The notes below the pieces were generated by a model. The model was not told the DNA's origin and did no database searches. It saw only the letters and a list, made by a program, of their open reading frames with translations. A DNA stretch of 64,000 nt from a virus (Duplodnaviria > Heunggongvirae > Uroviricota > Caudoviricetes): IMG/VR virus record IMGVR_UViG_2795385649_000011; one strand, 5' to 3'. The first letter of the stretch is position 1. The number at the start of each line of letters is the position of its first letter. The translations under genes and the position numbers were made by a program. Below, in pieces: positions 9,360 through 18,978 of this stretch.

Positions 9360-10247
9360 ATGTCCTGGGAATTTGTCACGTTCCTGATCTTCGGCCTCAT
9401 CGCCGTGGCCCTATGTGGCGGCGGCTTCGTCGCCCATCGAATCGACCGGGATGCCGAAGGCCCCTACGTTTCGCTCGTCGCCGGAGGTATTGCCCTCGTA
9501 GTCGCTGTCGTCGTCCTTTTGCTGGGCTGCTTCACTGTCGTCGGAACCCGAAAAGTCGGCATCGAAACCGTGTTCGGAAAGCCCTCCGGGGAAACACTTT
9601 CCAACGGGCTGCACTGGAAGAGGCCTTGGGCAACGGTCGATGAGATGGACGCCGCCGTCCAGATCGACAAGTACGAAGGGGACCACCGGATCAAGGTCAG
9701 ACTCGGTAACTCATCCACCGCCGATGCGGATGTGTCCGTGCGCTGGCAGATCAAACAGGATGCCGCCGATGAGCTGTACGTCCAGTACCGATCATTCGAC
9801 AACGTCCGAACCAACCTCATCACCAGGAACTTGCAGGTCGCGCTCAATGACGTGTTTTCCAAGCTGGACCCACTGGCGACCAAGTGGGCCAACGGCTTAC
9901 CGCTGGAGACATTCGCCAAGGAGACCTCCGAGAAGCTGCGGAAGCTTGTCGGTGAGCAGGTGGACATCCTCGACGTAGCCGTGCCCACCATCGACTACGA
10001 CGACGGCACCGAAGCTCGTATCAATGAGCTGAACGCGGAACGCGCGAACACCGCCAAGGCCGAGCAGGCGAAGAAGACGGCCACCGAACAGGCGGAAGCG
10101 AACCGCATCCTCGCCTCGTCTGTATCCAACGACCCCAACGTGATTGTTCAGAACTGCATCACCAAGGCACTCGATAAAGGCATGTCCCCGTGGGGCTGCT
10201 GGCCCGGTACTAGCGCTCTCGCCACGACCCCCGCCCCAACCAAATAA
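9360..10247 (+). CDS. SPFH / band-7 (prohibitin-HflK/C-like) membrane protein
   Basis: N-terminal TM segment, SPFH core, coiled-coil C-terminus (AKAEQAKKTATEQAEANRILA). Confidence 0.6.
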   Translation: MSWEFVTFLIFGLIAVALCGGGFVAHRIDRDAEGPYVSLVAGGIALVVAVVVLLLGCFTVVGTRKVGIETVFGKPSGETLSNGLHWKRPWATVDEMDAAVQIDKYEGDHRIKVRLGNSSTADADVSVRWQIKQDAADELYVQYRSFDNVRTNLITRNLQVALNDVFSKLDPLATKWANGLPLETFAKETSEKLRKLVGEQVDILDVAVPTIDYDDGTEARINELNAERANTAKAEQAKKTATEQAEANRILASSVSNDPNVIVQNCITKALDKGMSPWGCWPGTSALATTPAPTK

Positions 10248-10274
10248 CACCCAACCCAGAAGGAGAACAGTCCG

Positions 10275-10619
10275 ATGTACGGAAATGAATTACCTCCGGG
10301 GCTACCGCCCCTATCCGAAACATATGCCAGAGCAGCCAAGTTCGATGTCGCCACCGAACTGATGATCACTACAGTCCTCAAGATCGCGGAGAGCGCGGCC
10401 GGGAAAATTGAGGCCCTGGCCGAAGAGGGGAAGCTCCCCAAGCGGGCTGCCTACCTGTTGTCCAACGTCGCTGCTAAGGCACAGGTCGGTGCAGCGTTCG
10501 GTGAGAACACGGCGGAGTTCAGGGAAACCATGGTCCGTTTCATGAATGCCGGATGGGTTCCGCCAGTGAAGGATTCAGAGAAGGGCACGGCGGACGGAAC
10601 GGCGGTGACCCATGGCTGA
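10275..10619 (+). CDS. Hypothetical protein
   Basis: 114 aa ORF. Confidence 0.4.
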   Translation: MYGNELPPGLPPLSETYARAAKFDVATELMITTVLKIAESAAGKIEALAEEGKLPKRAAYLLSNVAAKAQVGAAFGENTAEFRETMVRFMNAGWVPPVKDSEKGTADGTAVTHG

Positions 10620-10986
10620 TCCAGACGAGGACGAGAAGGTTGTTCGCCCGTTCGCCGCGTTCCTTCAGGAACTCAACAAGGGCCGTGTCCATGACGAGTT
10701 GTCCAAGGGTCTCCACGATCTTCTAGCGGCGGTGAAAGCCACCGGCAAGAAGGGCTCCCTCACGCTGACTTTGGTTGTGTCGCAGGAGAAGAAGACGCCG
10801 ATGCTGATCATTGACGACGATGTGACGCCCAAGCTCCCGAAGCCGGACCGGACGCGCTCACTGTGGTTCGTGGACAAAGACGGCAACCCCACCCGATCGG
10901 ACCCGAACCAACTCGATTTCAACTCCATCCAAGCCGTACCCACCCCGGTACCCGCCGAGGACAACACCAGAAAGGAAGCCCAGTAA
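10612..10986 (+). CDS. Hypothetical protein
   Basis: 124 aa ORF. Confidence 0.4.
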   Translation: MADPDEDEKVVRPFAAFLQELNKGRVHDELSKGLHDLLAAVKATGKKGSLTLTLVVSQEKKTPMLIIDDDVTPKLPKPDRTRSLWFVDKDGNPTRSDPNQLDFNSIQAVPTPVPAEDNTRKEAQ

Positions 10987-11841
10987 ATGGCATCATTCAC
11001 CGACACCAGTTCCCGTACGGAGGTCGATGCGGCAGCCGATATTGCCCGGCTGGCCGCTGACCGCGTGGACGCCGTATCTCCTGATACAGCGGACGTTTTC
11101 ACGTACACGGTCCGAAATGACGAGACCCAGCAGTTTCATTCGCTGGAGAAGTACCTGCCGAATCCGCGCCGCCAGCGCGGGACTACTGCGGTTCTCGATG
11201 CGGATAGCTTGAACCTGCTTCTGGGTAAGGTCCAGCAGCTTGACGCGCTCGGGTTCGCCGACCGCGCAAGCAACCGGGTGACCGCGATCCTCAATTACGA
11301 GGGTTGGGGTGATCACCGGATAGCGCTGCATTTGAAGCATTCCCGTGAGTGGCAGCACTGGTCCCAGCTCGACGGTGAGTTCCTGCCTCAGGCTAGGTTC
11401 GCTGACCACCTCCAGGATGGGCTCTCCGAGATCTACAACCCCCCGGCGGCCGACCTGGTGGAGATCGTTCGGAAGTTTCAGGCCAAGCGGTCCCTCTCGT
11501 TCAAGTCGGCTCGGGATATCGCCAATGGCGAGGTTCAGTTCGAGTACGTCGAGGAGACCTCGGATGCGGGCGGCGGAACCGCCGGGACTATCGAGATCCC
11601 GCAGGTACTCACGCTGAGGCTCCCGATCTACGAGCGCGGCGCGCGTTACGAGCTGTTGGCGAACTTCATGTACCGACTCGGGCCGCAAGGCGTCGCGTTC
11701 GGATACAAGCTCGACCGGGCACAGGAAGTCGTTGATGCGGCGTTCGACGCAGAGGTCGAGAAGATCACCGACAGTTTGCCCGTCGCGTATGGCCCCGCAC
11801 CTGAGCCGGTTCAGCCGTTCAGCAACGAGTACAGCCGGTAG
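10987..11841 (+). CDS. Hypothetical protein (284 aa)
   Basis: Long ORF with ordinary codon usage. Confidence 0.45.
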   Translation: MASFTDTSSRTEVDAAADIARLAADRVDAVSPDTADVFTYTVRNDETQQFHSLEKYLPNPRRQRGTTAVLDADSLNLLLGKVQQLDALGFADRASNRVTAILNYEGWGDHRIALHLKHSREWQHWSQLDGEFLPQARFADHLQDGLSEIYNPPAADLVEIVRKFQAKRSLSFKSARDIANGEVQFEYVEETSDAGGGTAGTIEIPQVLTLRLPIYERGARYELLANFMYRLGPQGVAFGYKLDRAQEVVDAAFDAEVEKITDSLPVAYGPAPEPVQPFSNEYSR

Positions 11842-11843
11842 AC

Positions 11844-12056
11844 GTGTCCGCTACCGAACACCATGAGGAAGCCCTGCGTCTCTACGAAGAGGCGCAGGGC
11901 CTCCCCAAGGCACAGTCAGCTCCGCTCATCGCGGAGGCACAGCTCAACGCTTCCCTCGCCGTGTTCGAGCTGCTAGCTGAATCCGCATACATCGCCGGGC
12001 CGCCCGTAGAGGCAAAAGCCCCATTCATCGGCGACCCCACCTGGAGGACCGAATGA
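11844..12056 (+). CDS. Hypothetical protein
   Basis: 70 aa ORF. Confidence 0.35.
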   Translation: MSATEHHEEALRLYEEAQGLPKAQSAPLIAEAQLNASLAVFELLAESAYIAGPPVEAKAPFIGDPTWRTE

Positions 12057-12430
12057 GCCGCGCACGCAAGCAACGGTTCCCGCTCGCTGCCGTACTGACC
12101 GTCGCCGCCGGGCTACCCGAAGGCGCGCTATGCAAGGTCAGCGAAGTGCAAGCGCTCCTCGGGTTCATGACCGGCGGACCGATCACCATCAACCAGGTCC
12201 CGAGGGCTAAGGACTTCTGCCAGAAGTTTCTACTCGACCAGCACCGGTTCCTGGACTCGCTGGCCCCCGAGTCCGCCGAAGTGGAGAAGGTCCGACGCTG
12301 GGGCACTAAGTGTGAGAAGCGCTGGGGCAAGGAAGTGTTGGTGGAGGCTTGCCCCGGGGACGCCTACCAACATCGCGCCAGCGTCGATGAAATCCAGCAT
12401 CTCTGGGGCAGCCGGAAGGCGGCCTCCTGA
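12053..12430 (+). CDS. Hypothetical protein with LGFMTGGP motif (paralog of 31527..31916)
   Basis: LGFMTGGPITINQVPRA resembles LNFMTGDNLFTHQLPRA in the product of 31527..31916. Confidence 0.45.
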   Translation: MSRARKQRFPLAAVLTVAAGLPEGALCKVSEVQALLGFMTGGPITINQVPRAKDFCQKFLLDQHRFLDSLAPESAEVEKVRRWGTKCEKRWGKEVLVEACPGDAYQHRASVDEIQHLWGSRKAAS

Positions 12431-12738
12431 TGACTGAGTTCGCAGACCTGTTCCCCGGCGCCACCCGCAACGTCGCCAACTACCGGGGCGACATCGCCGC
12501 ACACATCCTGGCCGACACCCACCCATTCGGCCCCGACCTACACGGCGCCTACTACGCGCCCGTCTCGGCGGTGTACGACCCGGCCACCGACCAGACCAAG
12601 GCCACGTTCCGTCCGATTCCCCGCCGGCAGCCCACGACCCGGAGACGGGAGCAGCAGTCACCGTTTGGGCTGAACCGACGCCAGCGCCGACTACTAGGAG
12701 ATACCAAGCATGGCAAGCAATCTCGCAGAACTTCTTGA
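12430..12738 (+). CDS. Hypothetical protein
   Basis: 102 aa ORF. Confidence 0.35.
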   Translation: MTEFADLFPGATRNVANYRGDIAAHILADTHPFGPDLHGAYYAPVSAVYDPATDQTKATFRPIPRRQPTTRRREQQSPFGLNRRQRRLLGDTKHGKQSRRTS

Positions 12739-13069
12739 GGTGGGAGCCCGGTACGCGGCGAAAGCTGTCCGCCGCGCCGCAGACACCATCGAGAACGCGG
12801 AGGGCCAGCAACTGCTCGCGTGGATAACGGGTCTGCGCGCCACCGTCACCCCTGCCGATGAACCGGGAGCCGGGCAGACGGCGGAGCAGCGGCCAACGGT
12901 GGGTGCGGTCATCAAGGTGACCTGCGAGCTGTGCCCTCGCAGCATGGACCAGCTGACCGCCCCGGAAACGCTTTGGGTGTGCCAGGCGTGCGCCATGGGT
13001 CATCTGCACTGGGATGGCGTCTCCCGCCACGTGACGCGCACGTACCGGGTGCTGGGGATGTACCCGTGA
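12710..13069 (+). CDS. Hypothetical protein with C-terminal Cys cluster
   Basis: 119 aa; CELCPRSMDQLTAPETLWVCQACAMGHLHW. Confidence 0.4.
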   Translation: MASNLAELLEVGARYAAKAVRRAADTIENAEGQQLLAWITGLRATVTPADEPGAGQTAEQRPTVGAVIKVTCELCPRSMDQLTAPETLWVCQACAMGHLHWDGVSRHVTRTYRVLGMYP

Positions 13070-13254
13070 AGGTCCAGCTGATACGCGGACAAATCACCAC
13101 CACCGATGGTGTGACCCGCAAGTTCCAGATCGCACCGCTCGGCTGGATGCAGTGGGGCACCACCGACAAGCAGCTCGGCGAGACCGTGGACCTACTGGAA
13201 GCGCTGACGCAGGCCGCCGCCGATCACATCGCCGGGTACGGGGAACAGCCATGA
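13066..13254 (+). CDS. Hypothetical small protein
   Basis: GTG overlapping the upstream stop; 62 aa. Confidence 0.35.
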   Translation: MKVQLIRGQITTTDGVTRKFQIAPLGWMQWGTTDKQLGETVDLLEALTQAAADHIAGYGEQP

Positions 13255-13538
13255 ACCCCGAGCCGGAAGCGCGGAAATGGGTCGCCGAGTGCCAGGACTG
13301 CCCCACCACCAAGGACGAGGACTACGGCCATGAAGTGAAAGCCACGTGGGAGTTCCCCGCCTGCCGAGACGGTCTCAAGCAAGCCGAGCGGTTCGCGGTC
13401 CGCCACCGCGCTCTACGCGGGCACAACGTCCACCTGATGAACCGCGTGACCATGACATTCAACCTCTACGACAACCCCGGCCTCCAGTACCTCCTAGGCC
13501 TCGGTGACGCCGGAGACAACATCGGACTCCGGCGATGA
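13251..13538 (+). CDS. Hypothetical protein
   Basis: ATG 13251; 95 aa. Confidence 0.4.
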   Translation: MNPEPEARKWVAECQDCPTTKDEDYGHEVKATWEFPACRDGLKQAERFAVRHRALRGHNVHLMNRVTMTFNLYDNPGLQYLLGLGDAGDNIGLRR

Positions 13539-13732
13539 GCAGCAGCCGCCCATTCCGTGCGGAGTTCGGGGGCTGGTGCGAATACGGAGACGACCCGATC
13601 CGCCCTGGCGATGAAGTCCGCTACGACGACGACACCCTCGTACACACCAACTGCCCAAACCCAGTAACCCCCACCGACATACGGGACATATGCCCCAACT
13701 GCTGGTGCCAGCACGCAGGAGAATGCGCATGA
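13535..13732 (+). CDS. Hypothetical small Cys-rich protein
   Basis: 65 aa; CPNCWCQHAGEC. Confidence 0.35.
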   Translation: MSSSRPFRAEFGGWCEYGDDPIRPGDEVRYDDDTLVHTNCPNPVTPTDIRDICPNCWCQHAGECA

Positions 13733-14184
13733 CGACACTGAAAGTGAAACTCGTTCTGGAAGCGGTGATCTGCGACCACTGCGACACCTACTTCGGTGTG
13801 CCGCTGTGGCTCAGCGGGCACCCGTTCCACTGCCCGCTCGGGCACCGGAACGAAGGCCGCGAGTTCGAGACGGAGCCGGATACGCCGAACGTCGCACCAC
13901 CAGAGGGAATCTGGGAAGTGTTGACCGGCGCCGCCGCTGAGGAACTGGAACTGGGCGGTGATGCCGGAAGCGTGGTCGCATGCATTCGAGAGATGTTGGC
14001 CGAGGAAGGGCATGTGGTCGTTCAGGTCCCACGGGTTGCACACAAAGGGCCACGCGATACCGACGCCTCGATGTACGCGGCAGCCGCCGGGCGACTGGAG
14101 CGCGGCTACGGCATAGGTGGCAGCAACCTGACGCGCGCGGTTGCGACGCTGCTCAGCTCTGTGGCCGAGGCGGCAGCCCGGTGA
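13729..14184 (+). CDS. Hypothetical protein with N-terminal zinc-ribbon-like motif
   Basis: CDHCDTYF...HPFHCPLGH. Confidence 0.4.
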   Translation: MTTLKVKLVLEAVICDHCDTYFGVPLWLSGHPFHCPLGHRNEGREFETEPDTPNVAPPEGIWEVLTGAAAEELELGGDAGSVVACIREMLAEEGHVVVQVPRVAHKGPRDTDASMYAAAAGRLERGYGIGGSNLTRAVATLLSSVAEAAAR

Positions 14185-14510
14185 GCGCCAACAACTGGAC
14201 TACCTGCTACGCCTGCCAGACCCGGCGCGCCGATGCTGATGACGAACGCATTGCCGAGCAGCGGAAGCTCATCGAAGACGCGTACGGACAGGTGTCACAG
14301 GAGGAATACGACAGCCTTCGCGGCCGCGTAGAGGCTGCAATCGCAGAGATCAAAGCGGCTCCGCTGGGCCGCACGTTCCGTGAGGACTACGAGATATATG
14401 GGGCTGAAACCGGTGTCGTGACAGTTAGTTACGGAGGTAGCTGCACCGTATGCGGCTACGGGACATCGTTCGAGGATCAGCATCCCATTCCGGTGAAGGC
14501 GGGTAAGTGA
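14181..14510 (+). CDS. Hypothetical protein
   Basis: GTG 14181; Cys pairs CYACQ...CTVCGYG. Confidence 0.35.
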   Translation: MSANNWTTCYACQTRRADADDERIAEQRKLIEDAYGQVSQEEYDSLRGRVEAAIAEIKAAPLGRTFREDYEIYGAETGVVTVSYGGSCTVCGYGTSFEDQHPIPVKAGK

Positions 14511-15475
14511 TGGGTGACAAGACAGGCATAGAGTGGGCCGACTCGACCTGGAACCCAATTACGGGTTGCGACAAGGTATCTCCAGGTTGTGACCACTGCT
14601 ATGCGGAGACGTTTGCCGAGCGCTGGCGAGGGACCGAGGGGCATTACTTCGAGCACGGGTTCGATGTTCAGTTGCGCCCCGACAAGCTCGCGTTGCCGCT
14701 GCGCTGGACCAAGCCGCGCAAGGTGTTCGTCAACTCGATGTCAGATCTGTTCCACGAAAAGGTGTCTGACGAGTACATAGCTCGCGTGTTCTCTGTCATG
14801 GCGTGCGCCGAGCGGCACACATTTCAACTCCTGACCAAGCGGCATGGGCGCATGCGGTCGCTGCTGAACTCAGAAGCATTCCGCGAGTTGGTATTCAAGT
14901 GCCAAGCGCTGGAGTTACCGGGCGATGTGATGGGCGACTACTGGCCGCTGCCCAACGTCTGGTTGGGAGTGAGCGCCGAGGACCAGAAGCGCGCCGACCT
15001 CCGCATCCCAGCACTGCTCGACACCCCCGCCGCCGTCCGGTTCATCAGTGCTGAGCCACTGCTCGGACCGATCGACCTCTCCCGGTTCGTGGAGGACGAT
15101 GGCGAGAAGTTCGACCTTCCGCCACTGAGTTGGGTGATCGTGGGCGGCGAATCCGGCCCCGGCGCAAGGCCGATGCACCCCGACTGGGCGCGATCGTTGC
15201 GCGACCAGTGCGTCGCGGCCGGTGTGCCATTCCTGTTCAAACAGTGGGGCGAGTGGGCACCCAACCAACATCCCCCGCTCCGTGCATGCGTCTGTGACTG
15301 GTACGACGGACGGGAGGCTGACATCTGCCGAAATGATCCTTGCCGCAAGCTGTCCAAGCCGCCGTATGTAGATGATCCACGAGCACAGATGCAACGTGTC
15401 GGCAAGAAGCGCGCCGGGCGTGAGCTGGACGGGCGCACGTGGGACCAGTACCCCGAGAAGGCGGTAGCCCAATGA
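14507..15475 (+). CDS. Phage Gp37/Gp68-family protein
   Basis: 322 aa with the characteristic N-terminus KTGIEWADSTWNPITGCDKVSPGCDHCYAE and conserved GESGPGARPMHPDW. Confidence 0.6.
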   Translation: MMGDKTGIEWADSTWNPITGCDKVSPGCDHCYAETFAERWRGTEGHYFEHGFDVQLRPDKLALPLRWTKPRKVFVNSMSDLFHEKVSDEYIARVFSVMACAERHTFQLLTKRHGRMRSLLNSEAFRELVFKCQALELPGDVMGDYWPLPNVWLGVSAEDQKRADLRIPALLDTPAAVRFISAEPLLGPIDLSRFVEDDGEKFDLPPLSWVIVGGESGPGARPMHPDWARSLRDQCVAAGVPFLFKQWGEWAPNQHPPLRACVCDWYDGREADICRNDPCRKLSKPPYVDDPRAQMQRVGKKRAGRELDGRTWDQYPEKAVAQ

Positions 15476-16113
15476 CGACCGTCTGGTTCGTTTCGGACCT
15501 GCATATCGGGCACGCGCTCGTCGCTGTGATCCGGGCGGAGCGGGCCGGTATCGCCCTGCCGGCCAATCCTGCGGATCGGCAGCTTGTGGCTATCGAGTGG
15601 CATGACCGGACTTTGGCGGAGAAGTGGGATGCCGTCGTTCACCCCGGGGACCAGGTATGGGACTTGGGGGACAACAGCTCTGGGACGAACGCCGCCCAGA
15701 TGAAGTCCCTTGCTTGGCTGTACCGGAGGCCGGGGGAGAAGCACCTAGTGCCCGGCAATCACGACCGATGCCACCCGATGTACCGCGACTCCCACAAATG
15801 GCAGCGCGACTACCTCCAGGTATTCCAGTCGGTGCAGCCGTTCGCGCGGCGCCGTATCGGGGGCCGAACGGTGCTCATGTCGCACCTGCCCTACCAGGGG
15901 GACCACACCACTGCCGAGCGCTACAACCAGTACCGGCTCCGTGATGAAGGCGCGTGGCTTCTCCACGGCCATACCCACAGCACCGCAAGCTATCTGCCTT
16001 ACGTGCATCAGCGCCAGCTTCATGTCGGTGTGGACGCCTGGAACATGGCGCCGGTAGGGCTCGACACCCTCGCAGAAGGCATCGAGTTCCTTGAACGGGG
16101 TGGCGCGTCGTGA
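15472..16113 (+). CDS. Metallophosphoesterase (calcineurin-like phosphatase)
   Basis: VSDLHIGH, GDQVWDLGDN, GNHD, GHTH motifs. Confidence 0.65.
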   Translation: MTTVWFVSDLHIGHALVAVIRAERAGIALPANPADRQLVAIEWHDRTLAEKWDAVVHPGDQVWDLGDNSSGTNAAQMKSLAWLYRRPGEKHLVPGNHDRCHPMYRDSHKWQRDYLQVFQSVQPFARRRIGGRTVLMSHLPYQGDHTTAERYNQYRLRDEGAWLLHGHTHSTASYLPYVHQRQLHVGVDAWNMAPVGLDTLAEGIEFLERGGAS

Positions 16114-16595
16114 ACGCCGCCGATGTGCTCGCCGCGCTGCGTAAACACCACCGCGACGCCGCTCTGGTACCCGAAGTGGTGATACACGACGACCATCCAA
16201 CCTGGGCTGAGCTACCCGATGGGCACGGCCAGCCCTACACGCGTCGGATAGACGCGCTGATGTTCGACAGCCTGGAGCGCACCGCGATTGAGATCAAGGT
16301 CTCCAAGGCCGACGCAGCAAGGGAGACCTGGGAGAAGGTCCAACCGTGGCGCCGGGTGTGCCACCGGTTCGTGTACGTCGTGCCCGCCGAACTCATCGAG
16401 CATCCGCCCGTTTACGGCTGCGGCCTGTGGTGGATTCACGAACCGACCGCTATATACCCGCTCGGGCGCGTCGAAGTGAAGCGCAAAGTCTCGATCAACA
16501 AGACACCAGAACCATTGCCACAGCACGTAGTACAGGCCCTCGCATACCGGGCTGCGGGCATGGCGATCATCAAGAGAGCGGAGAACACACCATGA
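16110..16595 (+). CDS. PD-(D/E)XK nuclease-like protein (MmcB-like)
   Basis: D...EIKVSK core motif. Confidence 0.4.
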   Translation: MNAADVLAALRKHHRDAALVPEVVIHDDHPTWAELPDGHGQPYTRRIDALMFDSLERTAIEIKVSKADAARETWEKVQPWRRVCHRFVYVVPAELIEHPPVYGCGLWWIHEPTAIYPLGRVEVKRKVSINKTPEPLPQHVVQALAYRAAGMAIIKRAENTP

Positions 16596-17014
16596 CCGAC
16601 ACCCCTCCAACGCCTAGAAGGCTGGATGGTCGCGTGACCGTATCCGAGGGCGAGCTAGCCAACTTGGTTCGGCTGCTGCGCGAGACAGTGGATGACTCAT
16701 GGCTAGCTGTCAACTTCAAGCCGGACTACGGCGCTGGCCAGACGAAGAAGATCGATACGAAAGCGGCTCAAGCTCTTGCGATCGCGCTCCTGCAGCGGAT
16801 CAATTCCACGCGCCTTGGGTACGCCGAGGGGACCGTCGCTACCCATGGGGATGGGCGGCTCGCCCGCCGCTACTACTCGGACGCTGAGCAGCGGTTGACA
16901 TGGCTCGTGGTTCAGCCGCCGAGCGACAAGCAGGTGGAAGTCGAAAGTGGGCCTGAGCTGCCGGGGCTCGGGTGGCACGTCCGCGACGACAAGCCGTGGC
17001 AGGTAGTCCAGTGA
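16592..17014 (+). CDS. Hypothetical protein
   Basis: ATG 16592; 140 aa. Confidence 0.4.
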   Translation: MTDTPPTPRRLDGRVTVSEGELANLVRLLRETVDDSWLAVNFKPDYGAGQTKKIDTKAAQALAIALLQRINSTRLGYAEGTVATHGDGRLARRYYSDAEQRLTWLVVQPPSDKQVEVESGPELPGLGWHVRDDKPWQVVQ

Positions 17015-17307
17015 CCGTCTACATAGATGACATGTGCAGACCCGCCAGAGTCGGCCGCCTCCAAGCCAACTGGTCGCACCTGATGGCAGACACAGACAAG
17101 GAGCTGCACGCCTTCGCGGCCCGGCTTGGGTTGCGGCGCTCGTGGTTCCAACACGAGGGCAAAGTGACCGCGCACTACGACGTAACCGAATCCAAACGCC
17201 AGGAAGCTATCAAGCTCGGCGCCACTCAAATCGGCTACATGAGTAGGGAATCCATGGATCTCCTACGGCGAAGGCGGCAGCGCCGAGACGCGGGAGGTGA
17301 ACTGTGA
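17011..17307 (+). CDS. DUF4031-family protein
   Basis: VYIDD...SHLMADTDKELHAFAARLGL...HYD pattern. Confidence 0.5.
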   Translation: MTVYIDDMCRPARVGRLQANWSHLMADTDKELHAFAARLGLRRSWFQHEGKVTAHYDVTESKRQEAIKLGATQIGYMSRESMDLLRRRRQRRDAGGEL

Positions 17308-18011
17308 CCGCCTACACGTTCAACGTAGAGCCGCCCAAGCACGGCGCGCGAGTCGAGCTCGACGCGCAGGAGCGGGGATGCCTGCCGGCCACACCGAACC
17401 TGGAGCGCGCGAGCCTCCAGAACGCAGTGCTGTTCGGCGGCCCTGCGGTCAAGCGCTGCCTGGAAAAGGCGCCAATTGTCGGTGACCACAAGCACGTATT
17501 TGTGGACACGAAGGTCTCGCTGCTACTGCCGGGCTTCATCCCGGCGATACCGGGCTGGCACACCGATGGCGTCCCACGTCTCCACACCGTAACGGAGCAG
17601 GTTGGATCACCGTTCAACGCTGGCCCGCCGTCCATGGAGGCTCAATGCGCCCAAGAGGCGAAGGGTTACCGGCCCCGCTTCCACACGATCCATGTCGGAA
17701 ACCACTGCCCAACAAGGTTCATGCGCAAACCGTGGGCCGTTGACCTGGAACATGGCGAGGACTCGGGCCTGTATCGCGAACTGTCACAAAAGGTTGAGAG
17801 CGCGCCATATTCCGAGCGAGGCGCGTATCTGGATTCTCCGCTGGAGCAGTGGCTTTCGTGGAATTGGTGGAACGTTCACACCGCGACGACTGCGGATTGG
17901 CGTGGGTGGCGGCTCCTCATCCGGGTGACGGAATCAGACCAGCCCCCGTTGGATTCGGGATTCATCCGGTCTCAGACACAGGTGTACGTCCCCACGGAGT
18001 TCGGCTGGTGA
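17304..18011 (+). CDS. Hypothetical protein (235 aa)
   Basis: ORF with HxD-like GWHTDG segment; function unknown. Confidence 0.4.
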   Translation: MTAYTFNVEPPKHGARVELDAQERGCLPATPNLERASLQNAVLFGGPAVKRCLEKAPIVGDHKHVFVDTKVSLLLPGFIPAIPGWHTDGVPRLHTVTEQVGSPFNAGPPSMEAQCAQEAKGYRPRFHTIHVGNHCPTRFMRKPWAVDLEHGEDSGLYRELSQKVESAPYSERGAYLDSPLEQWLSWNWWNVHTATTADWRGWRLLIRVTESDQPPLDSGFIRSQTQVYVPTEFGW

Positions 18012-18039
18012 ACAACGACAAGATGGAAGGGGAGCGGTA

Positions 18040-18978
18040 GTGCCTCGCGAGTACGGGCGTATGTGGTTCTCGATGTGGACCGATGAGGACTTCTGCGCGC
18101 AGGAGGTGTTCGACAAGCTCCTGTTCTGTGTGCTGATCGCGCAACCGGCCATGAACTACGCCGGGGTGCAGCCGATCAGCATGCGGCGCTGGCGGAAGGC
18201 CCTCCGCCACGGCGGACGCATCCCCCCGGAGACGGCCGTGGAGGAGGCCCTGGCGCGGCTGGAACGCAGCCGGTACGTGTTCACCGACGAGGACACCGGG
18301 GAAACCTTGGTGCGGTCGTTCATGCGCCGAGACGAGGTTGGCAAGCAGCCCAACGTGATGCTGTCCGCGCTCCGCTCGGCGGCCCACGTGGAGTCACCGA
18401 AACTCGCCTACGTCCTCGCCGAAGAGCTGGAGCGGGTACCTCTGCCGTCGATCGCGGGTGAAAGCCCGAAAGCGGTGAAGCTCCGCGACAACTTGAAGCG
18501 GGCACACGCGGAAGCGTTGGCGCACTTGGGAACCCTTACCCGAGGGTTATCGGAACCCTTTCCTGAACCCTTTACAGAAGGCTTTGGTGAAGGGTTTCCG
18601 GAAGGGTTTCCGCCACCTGGGGAAATGGAACCCTTCCCGAAACCCTTTGGAGAAGGGTTCGCCTCAGGGTCGGGTCAGGGTGAGGGTCAGGGTGTTATCT
18701 CACCTTCCGTAGGTACCTGGGTTGGGGAGCGCTCCGCGCCGCCCCCCGATTACTGCCCCAAGCACCCCGGCGGCACCGACGAACCGTGCCGCGCATGCCA
18801 GCGGCACCGCGAACGCCGCGAGGCCTGGGACGCCGAACGCCCCGCCCGCGAGAAAGCCGAACGCCGCGCCCGCATCGCCGCCTGCACTGACTGCGACGGG
18901 CGCGGCTGGATCGACACCGACGACAACAGCCTCCGCCGCTGCCAATGCAACCCCGAAGCACCCAAGGAGTCCGCATGA
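18040..18978 (+). CDS. Putative replication initiator / replisome organizer with internal iteron-like repeats and C-terminal Cys4 zinc ribbon
   Basis: 312 aa. Central repeat EPFPEPFTEGFGEGFPEGFPPPGEMEPFPKPFGEGF is encoded by direct and inverted GGAACCCTT DNA repeats; C-terminal CxxC...CxxC...CxC. Confidence 0.45.
   Translation: MPREYGRMWFSMWTDEDFCAQEVFDKLLFCVLIAQPAMNYAGVQPISMRRWRKALRHGGRIPPETAVEEALARLERSRYVFTDEDTGETLVRSFMRRDEVGKQPNVMLSALRSAAHVESPKLAYVLAEELERVPLPSIAGESPKAVKLRDNLKRAHAEALAHLGTLTRGLSEPFPEPFTEGFGEGFPEGFPPPGEMEPFPKPFGEGFASGSGQGEGQGVISPSVGTWVGERSAPPPDYCPKHPGGTDEPCRACQRHRERREAWDAERPAREKAERRARIAACTDCDGRGWIDTDDNSLRRCQCNPEAPKESA
18541..18665. repeat. Cluster of direct and inverted GGAACCCTT / AAGGGTTTCC repeats inside the initiator-like gene (candidate origin iterons)
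   Basis: At least 4 direct GAACCCTT(T) and 3 inverted (A)AGGGTT(T)C copies within 125 bp. Confidence 0.45.
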
